DNA of 64,000 bases from the NCBI GenBank assembly GCA_003344405.1, contig NOWV01000002.1, positions 1,240,001-1,304,000 of the forward strand. The letters run 5' to 3'. Made by a program: the position numbers and the translations under genes. The notes beneath the pieces were generated by a model, which saw only the letters and a program-made list of their open reading frames with translations, searched no databases and was not told the origin of the DNA. Shown piece after piece: positions 1-15,400 of this stretch. Origin of the DNA: Trichoplax sp. H2. Taxonomy: Eukaryota. Every line of letters starts with the position of its first letter. The first letter of the stretch is position 1.

Positions 1-47
1 GAAAGCATCAAGGATAACGTCAATGGCAGTAGAGAATTGTCACTTAC

Positions 48-176
48 CTGTCTGGATTTGACATCGAGAAGTTTATTTACCAGAGACTGAAGACTTTTAA
101 CAACTGATAAATGTGCTTTGTGATAGAAATGATCGAGTGATAAACCTAGAACTTTATCCAGAGCTCGTTCAGCCAT
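48..176 (-). CDS. First coding exon of an unidentified gene that continues beyond the window start (MAERALDKVLGLSLDHFYHKAHLSVVKSLQSLVNKLLDVKSRQ)
   Basis: ATG at 176 followed by 43 open codons that end at a strong CAG|GTAAG donor. No recognisable motif. Confidence 0.55.
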
Positions 177-1277
177 AATTATAATCCAACTTATTTACCA
201 TCCAACTAGCCCTCAATCACTGTTCAATTTGACGAAGTCTCAACTTGAGCGTAGTACTAGTATTTCTATGACGACAGAACAAGTCCGCCTTGTCCGTCCG
301 TTACGATAGTGTACAAGCTCAGTCTAATGGAGGATATAGTATCAGCCAGCTAGATGCAATACAGCTCAGTGTATAACATCATAATTCCTTCGAAATTTGA
401 AAGGATAACTTGATATTTTAATTCTTGAATTCAATGGTTAACGGGGATATCGGAATACTTGGATAAGTTATCATTGCTCGTTCATTTGTAGTAGCTAGCT
501 ATAAGATTCTGTATTGATTCTGAAGTAAAATCTGAGTTATAGTGAATTTACTCTTTCTTTTATGAAACATATCGATTTCTGTTGTAAATAGTGTTAGATA
601 TTACGATATAGGTTATATTAGCTATTAGATAGAGCGTTAAGTACATGATTAGAATATCATCTATATAAGTACTTATAATATGATGACTTGTATGTAGTCT
701 TATAATACCGTACATGATTATATTGTAAAAGGTGGACTGATAATTTATTGTATATACATGCATATGTTGTAACGTAAACGATAGCTATAATAGTTAGTAA
801 TTAGATGTATATGTAAAATGTCACGACGCAAAAAAGCAAAAGGTGTAAGCTGGAATATCTATAAATACCCAGCATTTTTAATAAGAAAGTTAGTTACAAA
901 TCTTACTCGCGGAGTAAAACTCATTGCTTAAAAACATAACAATTTCAAATTGACATGATTGACTTTTAAAACTAAACTGATAGATATACGTATATATATA
1001 TTTATCTGCGTGTGGGTACTTCGCTTGTAATATATCAATATTTATCATTTCCTTGAATTTTAACTTGACGGCAGTAAATTTAAAGTGTAATCCATTGCTA
1101 ATGGTTTAAATAATTGATAATTTCTTAGCTTTTCCGAGATGTGAGTTATTAAACGTATTGATAAACAATATTTTCATGGTAAAATAGATAAAGCTAGCAA
1201 TGATTTCTTCTTAATACAGACTACAGTATTTTGATAATTTGATTGATTTTAAAAACGATAGGATAGGTATTCTCAGG

Positions 1278-1568
1278 GACTATTAAAAAGAAAGAGACGG
1301 GGCAGGAAACGACCACAGTGCAAAATGATGTGGAAGCTTATCATTTTTTTCGGTCATTCTACTATACGCTACTGATGAAGCCGTATACCATACTGCACAA
1401 ACTGACTTAGCAGGCTAATAGCAGCTAATTTGGATGTCAATTGCAGACAGTATAGTGTATGGATACAGGCATACGATACAGTCGAAATGATCAGTCACAT
1501 AATCAGCTTCCACATTATTAGTATAGTGAACAACAGCTTCCTGTCCCGTCTCTTTCTTTTTAATAGTC
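1278..1568. repeat. Imperfect inverted repeat (fold-back, MITE-like)
   Basis: 1278-1308 GACTATTAAAAAGAAAGAGACGGGGCAGGAA matches the reverse complement of 1538-1568 at 30/31 positions. Weaker complementarity continues inward (ATGTGGAAGCT / AGCTTCCACAT). Confidence 0.75.
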
Positions 1569-2272
1569 TCTAGCAGTATTAGTCCACATATAATGACGAT
1601 TTTCATTCATTCGATTATTTTGAAAGTGAATTGCTCTACAATAAAAAACAGCATCTTCCCATAGTCCAAATTTTACAAGAAGAATACTGTTCAATATAAT
1701 AATAATTAGGCACTTCACCAATGAAGGAAAAATCGCAAATTATGAAGATACGCGTATTCAAATGTGCCTTCAAAAAGTCAAACTATCGTTTTGAAGCACG
1801 AGAGATGTTCTACCGCGTACTGCATCACAATTAGCGGTTTGATACCGTATCCTCGATTAGACCAGCATGAATTAATGTTATGTATATCCATATTCCATAG
1901 TACTGTAGTTAAATGGAGTGAAAACGCAACCCGAACCCGATCAAATAGTTCATTTTCTAACCCCAAAATGAGTGCAATCGCTCTCTATATCGCTACAGAA
2001 ATTCTTAAGGACACTGGCATACAGCACTGTACTGTATTTAGCGGTCCCTGACTCAATATTGTAGTATTTCCCAACCACGTGATCTGCTATATATAGTCTT
2101 GTGATCACAATAATGATCACAAGGCCGTATAAAAACTGGCCACCTCTATCATTCTGTAGTTGTTAAAAGCATCATAAGCCGTAAAGACTTTGTCCGACTG
2201 CCATCGCAACATCATACGACGTGTAAGAGTATATTCTAATCCTTCGTCAAGTCTTTCGATCGATCAATCAAT

Positions 2273-3982
2273 ATGAGTGCCAAAGTTCACGTAGAATACT
2301 GGTAAGGAATGTCACGATAATACTGTACGACGGTAGTGTATTGAATTTCGAATAGATGTCGTTAGAAATTATTCTAGTCTTCCTGTACTGTTGATCCTAT
2401 CTAGGATTAATGGTGATTTCTTGAGCAGCAATTAGACGTGACAGTAGTAGCCTTTCATGAGATAGATTTTAATAAGTTATGATAATTAGTTTTAGCTATG
2501 ATACACTGTTTATGAGGAATTCTTTATTTGTGTAAGTGACTACCTCTACAGTATGTAAGTAAGCCCGGACGCTCGTGCAATGAATTCCACGGTTCAATTC
2601 TTTAAATGAACAGGGCTTTTCAGAATAGTCACTTTCAAAATACAACATCATCATCGTCATTCTAATTCATCAAGTCTTTACTATCCTGAGGGTCTCTTAT
2701 CTCTAGTGAGTATCGGTACGCGTTTTATTGATTGCGATCACTTTGATTCGCTTGCCTTGTGAATAACAGCCAGATCATAAAAGTGTTACGATAGTACGGT
2801 ACCGGCTATAAATAGTTAATTTATAGGATATAATAATTAATTAGCCGTAGAGAATAACTGTTTTCTTCTTATTATTATTGTACTTAGTAATTACTCTTCC
2901 TCATCATAACAGTACAGTATATGCACAGTATACAGTATATTCGTTCGGTACCATGCCATGCAGTGAGACAATGACGAAGTATTTTTTACGATATCATCGT
3001 GATATATTATTATGGCACTGTACTGTTTAATGTGATGAGATAAGAGATCCTGAAAATAACTTGTACATTATCCGTATCATTTTATTTATACTGTATATAT
3101 GAGTACAGTAGAGTGGATGGTTTTATTGCTGATGGAAATAACACTGTGCTGCAATACTTTGAAGCGGCAATTTCGTTCGTGATCATTTATACTATAGTGA
3201 CTAAATATTAAAATTATATACATACGAGTATACATGTGATCGCGAATAGTAAAATACAATATTATAGTAATTTAAATTTCATTCCAATACCGAATAAACT
3301 CATAGCTATTGTCAACATCTCTCATAGTGGCAGCTGAGGCTATGTTGGCCGATACAGAGACCTCGCTAGGGATCTAAAGGCCACAATACCTAACCTCCTT
3401 GTTGAAGGAGAAACTGGTAGATCTTGTAAGTCTATAACACGTGTACACGTATAAACATGCGCTACTTAATTTACTCATATTTCAATATATAACTTGTACA
3501 TATACTCGTATGTACACTACTTCTTATTATGGTTATTTCTGACAAATAACAACTCAATCTTTTCGCAGCGAGTTTCGAGGTCACAGTTGACGGAAACGTA
3601 ATTTTCTCGAAGCTGGAATCGAAAGGATTTCCTGTCCATGAAGAGGTGTGTACAGTACATTGATAACATTATACGTGATAGACGCGTGCTTACTGTAGTA
3701 AGTAATATCCTCTTCAGGAAATAAATGCAATATTACCTTCTAGGATTATGTCACTTTATATGGTAAATGTTAATGAATTAGATTATATTTTCCGCAATTG
3801 TATCACTATTAATGTACTGTATGTATACAATAATGCCATAAACATTGATACACTTTAAAACTTTGTTAACAACACGATTTTTGGGGATTATACAGATCAT
3901 CAAAGCGGTTCAAAAATACATAAGTAGCAAAGATGTGATGAAAGTAACTGACGTTCAAAAAGAGTCTTGCAATATTTTGTAA
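2273..3982 (+). CDS. MIEN1: Selenoprotein of the Rdx/SelW family (SelW2/MIEN1-like), 96 aa, 4 exons: 2273-2301, 3328-3425, 3569-3645, 3896-3982
   Basis: GT-AG exons join in phase to give MSAKVHVEYCGSUGYVGRYRDLARDLKATIPNLLVEGETGRSSSFEVTVDGNVIFSKLESKGFPVHEEIIKAVQKYISSKDVMKVTDVQKESCNIL*. It has the Rdx motifs vEYCxxU (TGA at 3335-3337), FEVTVDG and FSKLExxGFP, a C-terminal CaaX (CNIL), and a SECIS downstream. Confidence 0.9.
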
Positions 3983-4057
3983 ATTGCTACACCAAGGATT
4001 CCTTATCTTCGTACCAGTTAATGAACTTTATTACCCTTGTATGTTACGTATGCATGC

Positions 4058-4125
4058 TATAAATATCCATGATGATATAATTTGAAAGTGGTGTAAGATA
4101 CCTCAAATTAATATCTGAATTTACT
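4058..4125 (+). promoter_or_regulatory. SECIS element (form 2) in the 3' UTR of the selenoprotein gene
   Basis: ATGA-T at 4069-4073 and T-GA-A at 4116-4119 form the core. Helix II is GATAT-AATTTG / CAAATT-(A)-ATATC. Unpaired AAA follows, then an apical ministem GGTGT/ATACC. Helix I is TAAAT/ATTTA. Confidence 0.85.
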
Positions 4126-4819
4126 GTATTTACGGTCTGCAACTACGTTACACTACAGGTATAAAGTTCATCTATACATAAATTAAGTTAGCTCTTCGAT
4201 TTTTTGCCTTATACATTACTATAGCATCTATTATTTATGTTAAGCTAAAGATTATTACGTTTTCTAGACTTGGTGAACATTGCCGGTACTAACGTTGCTT
4301 CAGTATCACGAAACCATTACAGCTTTGTAAACGTGATAGTTCTGTTGACACGATAGGAAATATATAGTGATATTACTGATTATTATTACCAGTTTTAATT
4401 TCCGTAGTATTTCTTAAGGAATATTAAAGGCAAACTGCTATTAAAATTCAAATCGATGTTATGTAATGATATTTTAAGCTTCAACATCTCGATTTTGTAT
4501 ATAATTATTACCATTGACAAGTATAGTATTTCAACTTGAAAGCTAGGAATAGGAGATCAACTGGCATTTACTGTGTCCTGTACCGTAGGAATATACAGTA
4601 AGACAAGAGCATTCCGAGGCTGTTGCAGAAACCCTGTACCTGAATGATTTATCACATTTACAAGTTGTACTATTCAACAGTACAGAACTTGCTTTATTCA
4701 AACACTAATTACGGTAGTATATTAGGCGCCTCTCGCCAGCAAATGAAATGTATCAAGGTCTGATTGAATTAATTAATTAATTAAGTAATCTTTGCTGCAC
4801 CAGCAGCAGGATAAGTAGC

Positions 4820-6140
4820 AGTGTACTGTACAGTGTACAGTACCATGGACCAGCAAAAGAAAGCCTCAATTGCTGAAAGGTTTTTCTTTAAAAGTCCCTA
4901 AGGACAGTAGATACTGTACTGTACCCTGGCACATATGATATTATACACAATATATAGAGTTCAAATACGTTAATGCTCTGTTCTGGGCGACTTGCGTCGA
5001 GTTTTGAAAAGGATTTGACCAAATACTGTATGTCTAGTTCTTGATTGGACGTTGGGTTTTCGCTGCCCATGTAAACGTACCATAAATTGTATTATTATGC
5101 CGTCTACGATAGTAGGCTTGCTAATAGCTTATAGCAAGTTAAAAGCTTGGAACCTGACTATGGAATATTTATGTTTAATGCACTGTCGACTGAGTGCCGA
5201 GTGTGCGGATTCGCCTAGTATCGCACCACACCGGACCCAGTTTACGCTGCTTATGATGTTGGGAGTCCGTGCGTGTGTTTGAATATACTTTACTGTACTA
5301 GCATGTACTGTAAAATGGCGATTTTACAAGAATAACGGTACACCATAAATGGTGAAAAAACATTTTCAACATGTAATTGACCAAAAAGTTGCAACAGCAT
5401 GCCCAAGAGAGCTTACTGTTTCCACATACAGTATAAAAAATTGACTTAATTTCATCAAAAATGCCCGCATACTGTACAGTACAGTATAATGTACTGTACT
5501 GTACTGTACAGTATGTGCTGATTCATCGGATTGGAAAAGGATCGCACTGCACAGTGTACAGTATGTTTGTGCGCAGTGCACATTTTACCGTACTGTACAG
5601 TACTGTACGCTACAGCTCGATCAAGAGCGCAACCCAAGAAAAGATTGTGGAAAACAGGCGTTGTACTGTACTGTACACTGTAATGTACAGTACTATACAC
5701 TCACGTGACGTACTGTACAGTATTGTACTGACCACTGTGACACGTGCACACGAACACGACTCTGCCTTACTGAAAGTGAGAGATCAAGTCAGTAACTGTA
5801 CTGTACTGTACGCTATGGAATAGGGTTTTGTAGAGAAATGGACAGTAGAAGTACTGTACGCTGCATCGTACTGTACTGTAGAGGTCCAAAAAAGGGGGGA
5901 AAAACCATGGCACTGTACTGTACTGTACTGTGTACACGTGTACTGTACAGTACTGTACCACCGACTACAGTACCACAAATTTCCAAGGACTGTCTGAAAT
6001 GTACTGTACTGTATAGCACTGTACAATAAGTTTAGTCCGTGGATACTGCCATCAGCGGGTGAAGCGGTATTCGACTGTCGCTTGCATCGTGGAAGTTTGC
6101 TTCAATGTGGTGTACTACTACTTTACTGTATACTACTGTG
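4820..6140. repeat. TACTG/CAGTA pentamer-rich low-complexity tract with TACTGTACAGTA palindromes
   Basis: Dozens of interspersed TACTG and CAGTA units on both strands, densest at 5470-6025. These produce the spurious CTVQYS/YSTV ORFs in the track. Confidence 0.75.
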
Positions 6141-6533
6141 TAGTAATTAGCATAGAATAGCACACGGTATAACGTAGCCTGACGCCAACGCAGACACTAA
6201 GCACTCCGGTGCCGTACAGCAGCGTAGTAACGGCTTATTATTGTTCCTAAATTGACTTTTCTCGACGAATTTGAATTTTTTGGGGGACTCTTACTCAATG
6301 TAGAAATCTTTCTATTCCATCTTATTATAAACAGTAGTAAAAGGTGATCTAATTTTACTACGTTGATATCATTGTTGAAGCCTGAGTATGATTTCTAAAT
6401 TACTTTAGCATCAAATTAATGTCTTCATGTTCTTCTTACATGCAGAAGAAAAAACCCTGTGAATGTGACAAACTAGCTTGACGCGTGCGCAACACTAAAG
6501 TAGAGAAGCTGCTATTAACTGTAAATTAAAACG

Positions 6534-10458
<3,925 letters not shown>

Positions 10459-11542
10459 AATTCAGTTTCTGTGTTACTTTTACTTTCATTATAATTTTTT
10501 TTTTATATGTGTGGAAGCATGGACAATAATAGCTATATTAAAGTGCTGACTAATAGCGAAGGTATAACTTCGTATTAATGTAAATTGAGCGGAGTTCTGT
10601 TAAGTGTTTCAGCAAGATTATGGCATGTTCAACAGCAAGTTAAATCTATGGAGACATTATTTGAAAACAATCTTGTTACATTAAGATCGAGAGATTAACG
10701 ATTACTTATACTTATGCTTGTAAGGATTCCATGGGACTTTCGACTGTATTATATCTATTTACTGTTAATAATAATTATTAAATCATATTTTATAGCATAT
10801 CGATATCTCTAGATACCAGTAAGCTTTATCCTTAAAGACTAAATTATACTTCGTTTAATGATATATTCAGAAAACGACTTAGTAGTGAATGAAGACATAT
10901 GTATAATACTACGCGATATGCTATATTAAGGTGTGTATGCTTAGTAAAAATGGAAACTAAGGTATTATAACTTTCAATTATTTATAATGTACAGTGTCAT
11001 AGTATATCGCTATATAGATAGCGTTGCTTATTCGATCCGACTAAAAATTATGAATATTATTTGACTTTGAATTCTCAGTCATCTAATTAGTAAACCAAAA
11101 TAAAATTTCAAATTTCGATTACGTTTCCTTCTTTTGAGTTTCATGTAGCCCATTTTCAGCGATTTCTGTTAAGCTTTATCTTACAATGAACTTGTTACTC
11201 TGTACTCGAAACACTAAGTAAAATACGCCGTTAATATTGTGAATATACTATATATGTTAACATATATACTATAACGAATAAACTAATCGTAAGGATTTGT
11301 AGTATCCTTAGTGCTCATCGTAAGTAAATTTTCGAAGTTTTCTATTAAAATGTATCTCTCACTGTTGTAGTAGTACGTCTGCATAAGCGTTATTAATAGC
11401 TCATGCTAAAATGTTTATCTGTAATCTTGGAACAGTGCCTTACTTGCAAATTCACGCGTTCTTCTAATATTCAACTTTAAATTCGAGCGCTACCGTGTGG
11501 TAATGCAATATGTAAGATATAATAACCGTCTGAGCATGCGTT

Positions 11543-11556
11543 GGTACCATAGTAAC
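11543..11556 (+). promoter_or_regulatory. Candidate RFX X-box upstream of IQCE
   Basis: GGTACCATAGTAAC is one mismatch from GTTRCCATRGYAAC and lies ~0.9 kb upstream of the IQCE ATG. Confidence 0.35.
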
Positions 11557-12472
11557 GAGACACATTCTTAGTTTTATCGACTTCACTGCACTCTTTATAC
11601 TGTACATATACAGTTCTATACATGCTTCGGATCTGGACTTAAGTTGTAATATCTAAGCATTATAACTAATTTTACCATTTTACCATACTGCGTGTATACT
11701 ATACAAGTATTGTTAATGTTATTATGTCGATAACCATAAATACGTTTGATAACTATCACTGCTTGTTACAGATTATACCGCATCATATACTAGTTCTGAT
11801 AAGATCTGCTTGTATATGAGAACGCTAAATGCCATTCCCTACACCGTTAGAATACCGTGCTGCTGCATGATTATTAGCCGAAATACATCTAGCCTATCAA
11901 CTCTTTCAGCTTGCTGCTATGCATACATAGGATAAATAACATATAAAATAAGTTAATGATTAAGGTGTCTAGCTATAGCATATTATACTGGAGATTATAT
12001 CTATACTATTCGTAAATTCAGTAATAGAGAGAAGTACAGTAATAATAAGGCGATTGTTACATGCACGTTAGAATAAGTTTTCGTACAGTTTTTATAGTTT
12101 TAGTACCTTTAAAAGCGTCAAATTGTTTTAGTCTTAAGTAGATTAAGAAAAGGCGATAACTACAATTTGTTGGATCGTATACTACTTACTTTAGTACGAT
12201 TCATTAACTCTATTGGCCAAGCTTGTTCTCTAAGATTTATGCCGTACAGCATAATTTGTGAAAGTTAATCGAGTAATTCCATCTAAAGTAATATTTATTC
12301 ATTCAGGTAAACAACAAATTTATAGAAATTTTATTTGGACTAGCTCAAGCACTTGGCATTAATATATATTTCCTGATGTTTAATATCTATCTAATATAGA
12401 TATTGTTACTGATTGCGGTTTTAATGAATTATTCCGTTGCTCGATAGCAGAAAAGTGGGCCGTAGACCAATC

Positions 12473-15400
12473 ATGGACAGCGAAAATTATGTTAGTAATA
12501 CCGATAGCTTGACGGTCGTGTTTTATGTTATCGTATCATAGGCAGTTTATAAATTATATTATTGACATTAAATTGGTTCTATGGCACTGCAAGCTTAACA
12601 AAAATTTTAAAGCTACAGTTGACAGCTTAGTCTCTGTAACTTTAAGATATTATTCTAAAGTTTGAAGTGCAGAGTAGGAAAAATAATAATTAAACTGTCT
12701 ATGATACGATAACATATAACATCTAAAATAATAATTAATTTGTCCATAAATCTCGAATGAAATTTAATCGGGTACATCAATAGGAATCAGGCAGTAATGA
12801 CGAAGCAGGATCGATCATCTCTGTGGTAAGATAGTCAAACTTCTAAATTCCTATAAATTCAAATAATCTTGGTTGAGTACTCCTATTAATCATAAGAGTA
12901 TTCCTTAATATTTGTATGCGAATGTTGTTGTCACATAAATATCTGCTTAATTACTCATCATGAATGAATGCTTTGATCCTGCAAATTATAGTCCAGCACC
13001 GGTTCCGTACGATGTACGTAAAATATATTTATGTACTTAAAATGTATAGATATTTTTGATTACTATTAGAGTAATATTAACAAAGTAATAAGATTTTTCG
13101 TTATATTTTCCTTTGATATATTGTAGTATCCGCAACAAAGCAATCATCTAAAAAAAAGAACAAAGCTAAGAAGTCTACTACAGGTAACAACTAGCATATT
13201 TGTGCATTTTTATCATTTCTGCAAAGATAATTAAATTTACTCGGAGAAACAGGTAATATTTAAACAATAATTTCAATATTGAAAATTTCGGTATTGATCT
13301 ATAGGGAGTTCGCCGTATTCAAATAAGAGTAAATCATTAAATGCAACAAAAAAGGGAGTAAAAACTTCACATGAACGATGGGTTGAAGCTGTTCGTTCAA
13401 GAACTGCTGGTATCTTTCTGACATAATGAATAAATGATATTACATTAGTACAGAGTATTTAATCGTACGCTATGTTCTTCCTTCATTAAATTATAATTTA
13501 ATTGTTGTAATAGCACTTACGCCTCAAAGTAGCATGGGACTAGCTCCTGGGATCAAGAATCCAGCACAAAAGAGCATGAGTCAATATTTACAGACACTAC
13601 TAAAGGTATCTATCCTCTGGTAAACTACTACAAGACGCTGTCATTAATATATTCTACTAACATCATATTTCATTAAATGATAACATTGTATTTCCAAGGG
13701 AGGTGACCCTGAAGTTGAAATACAGAAGCCAAAGCGAAATGCTAGTGAGACTCTATCTGATGTTTCTTGATACAACACAATATGAATGGGGATAGCTTAT
13801 GGGATATATTTAAATTAATATAGAAACTCGAAATTCTGTAAATGGGTTTTCTTATAAGCCTCAAGAAGATATGCACGATGAGATTATAGAACAAAAAAAG
13901 GTTACCACAAGAGTATATAGCTGTTAGAATCTTAGAGCTGAATAATACATATTTATAGTAGCCTAACGGCCAAAGACCTACTTAAAACGTTTATGCCGCA
14001 GTATTATCTGGCAGAAATAGTAAGAGTTCATAAAATATAAAGAAGATAATACGGTATTTCAATACTGATTATAATTGCAGATTGTTGCTAATCTAAGAAA
14101 AGAGATTGATAATCAACGCGCAGCGATCAGAAAATTAGAACTAGAAACAAATAGAAAGGTAGAGCTAGATATTGTCACATGAATAATACGCTCGATAAAT
14201 GTCTTGTGATAGATTTACTTAAATTAAATAACAGAGGATTTTAATACTAATATAAAATATGAATTGCTTTATCAGGATAAACGAATAGAGCAACTAATAC
14301 AAACAGGAGAGGTAAGACTGTAATTCATATTCTATTAACAAACATCACAAATTTACCACAAACTAACCCTAACACTAACAAATTTGCTTGTCTATCGTAA
14401 ATAGCAATATAGTGAGTTCTTAATATTTAAATTTCTTCTAAAAGCAAAGAAAGTAGTTAACTATGATGTTCAGTCATAATCTATAGCCATTAATACAGTA
14501 CAAGCGCACATATAATATTACAAATTTTAAAATCATTAGCTCTGACCTTCTATATGGTAAACTAAATCTTAACGAATTAATCAGATTCTAATACGCAACC
14601 AGATAACTTAAAAGAGTGTCACTAATCACGGCATTGACATTATTCGCTATACTATAAATCTAATCATCAAAATTCCAATTTTTTTCAGGAGGAACGTACG
14701 AGAACCTTTGGCGATAAAAAACTTGAAGCAAGCTCGGTAGGACTAGTGACATAATCCATCAGTAGTAAATCAATAGTTCTTCTAAACATGATGACCAGTA
14801 GCTCACCAGCGATAGTTAGATAAGGCGGCATATATTTCTCCAAGCTTTACAAGAAACAAGATAATTATCATTATGACTGTAATATACTTGAATTTACATA
14901 TGCTAAACCACATATAATAAGGTATTTTACTAAATTCAAAGTAAATCGATGATATTTTACGTAATAAGATTAGTAAATATATATGCACGGGCAAGCTAGG
15001 TATCTTAAAGTATATTTTAACGTAAAGTATTACATGCAAGTTGCCAAGCTTGATAAAAATGCCATAGTTGTATTGTACTTCAGATTTCGTCAGATCTTAC
15101 TTTTATAATGAGTATTAGATAGCATCGGAACATTTTTTAGATATTAATGATATACAGATTTACTACAGAAGTACATACAGTAGTATGTGTTACAGTATGC
15201 GAAGTCTAATTCAGCTTCAAAATTATCGGCTTAACGGTTAAGGCTGACAAAAGTTACGGCTATAACTATCCCCAAATTTTATCAAAGGCTCTTTTATAGT
15301 AATTGTGATGCGATAAGAGATTTTTAATATGACGGTACTATAATCATGTTAGATGGTAAGCACTTTGAAGCAAAGAATCAATTCTTTAGAAAAGGCTAAT

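Noticed and set aside
3335..3337. Premature stop suggesting a pseudogene
   Set aside because: The TGA lies at the Sec position of CxxU, the downstream frame is conserved, and a SECIS is present.
5366..6029. Cluster of overlapping ORFs (CTVQYS/YSTV-rich)
   Set aside because: By-products of the TACTG repeat on both strands, with no protein-like features.
12797..12825. ATG at 12797 as the IQCE start
   Set aside because: Its frame ends in a phase incompatible with the downstream exon chain, whereas the MDSENY/ESGSNDEAGSIISV reading fits.
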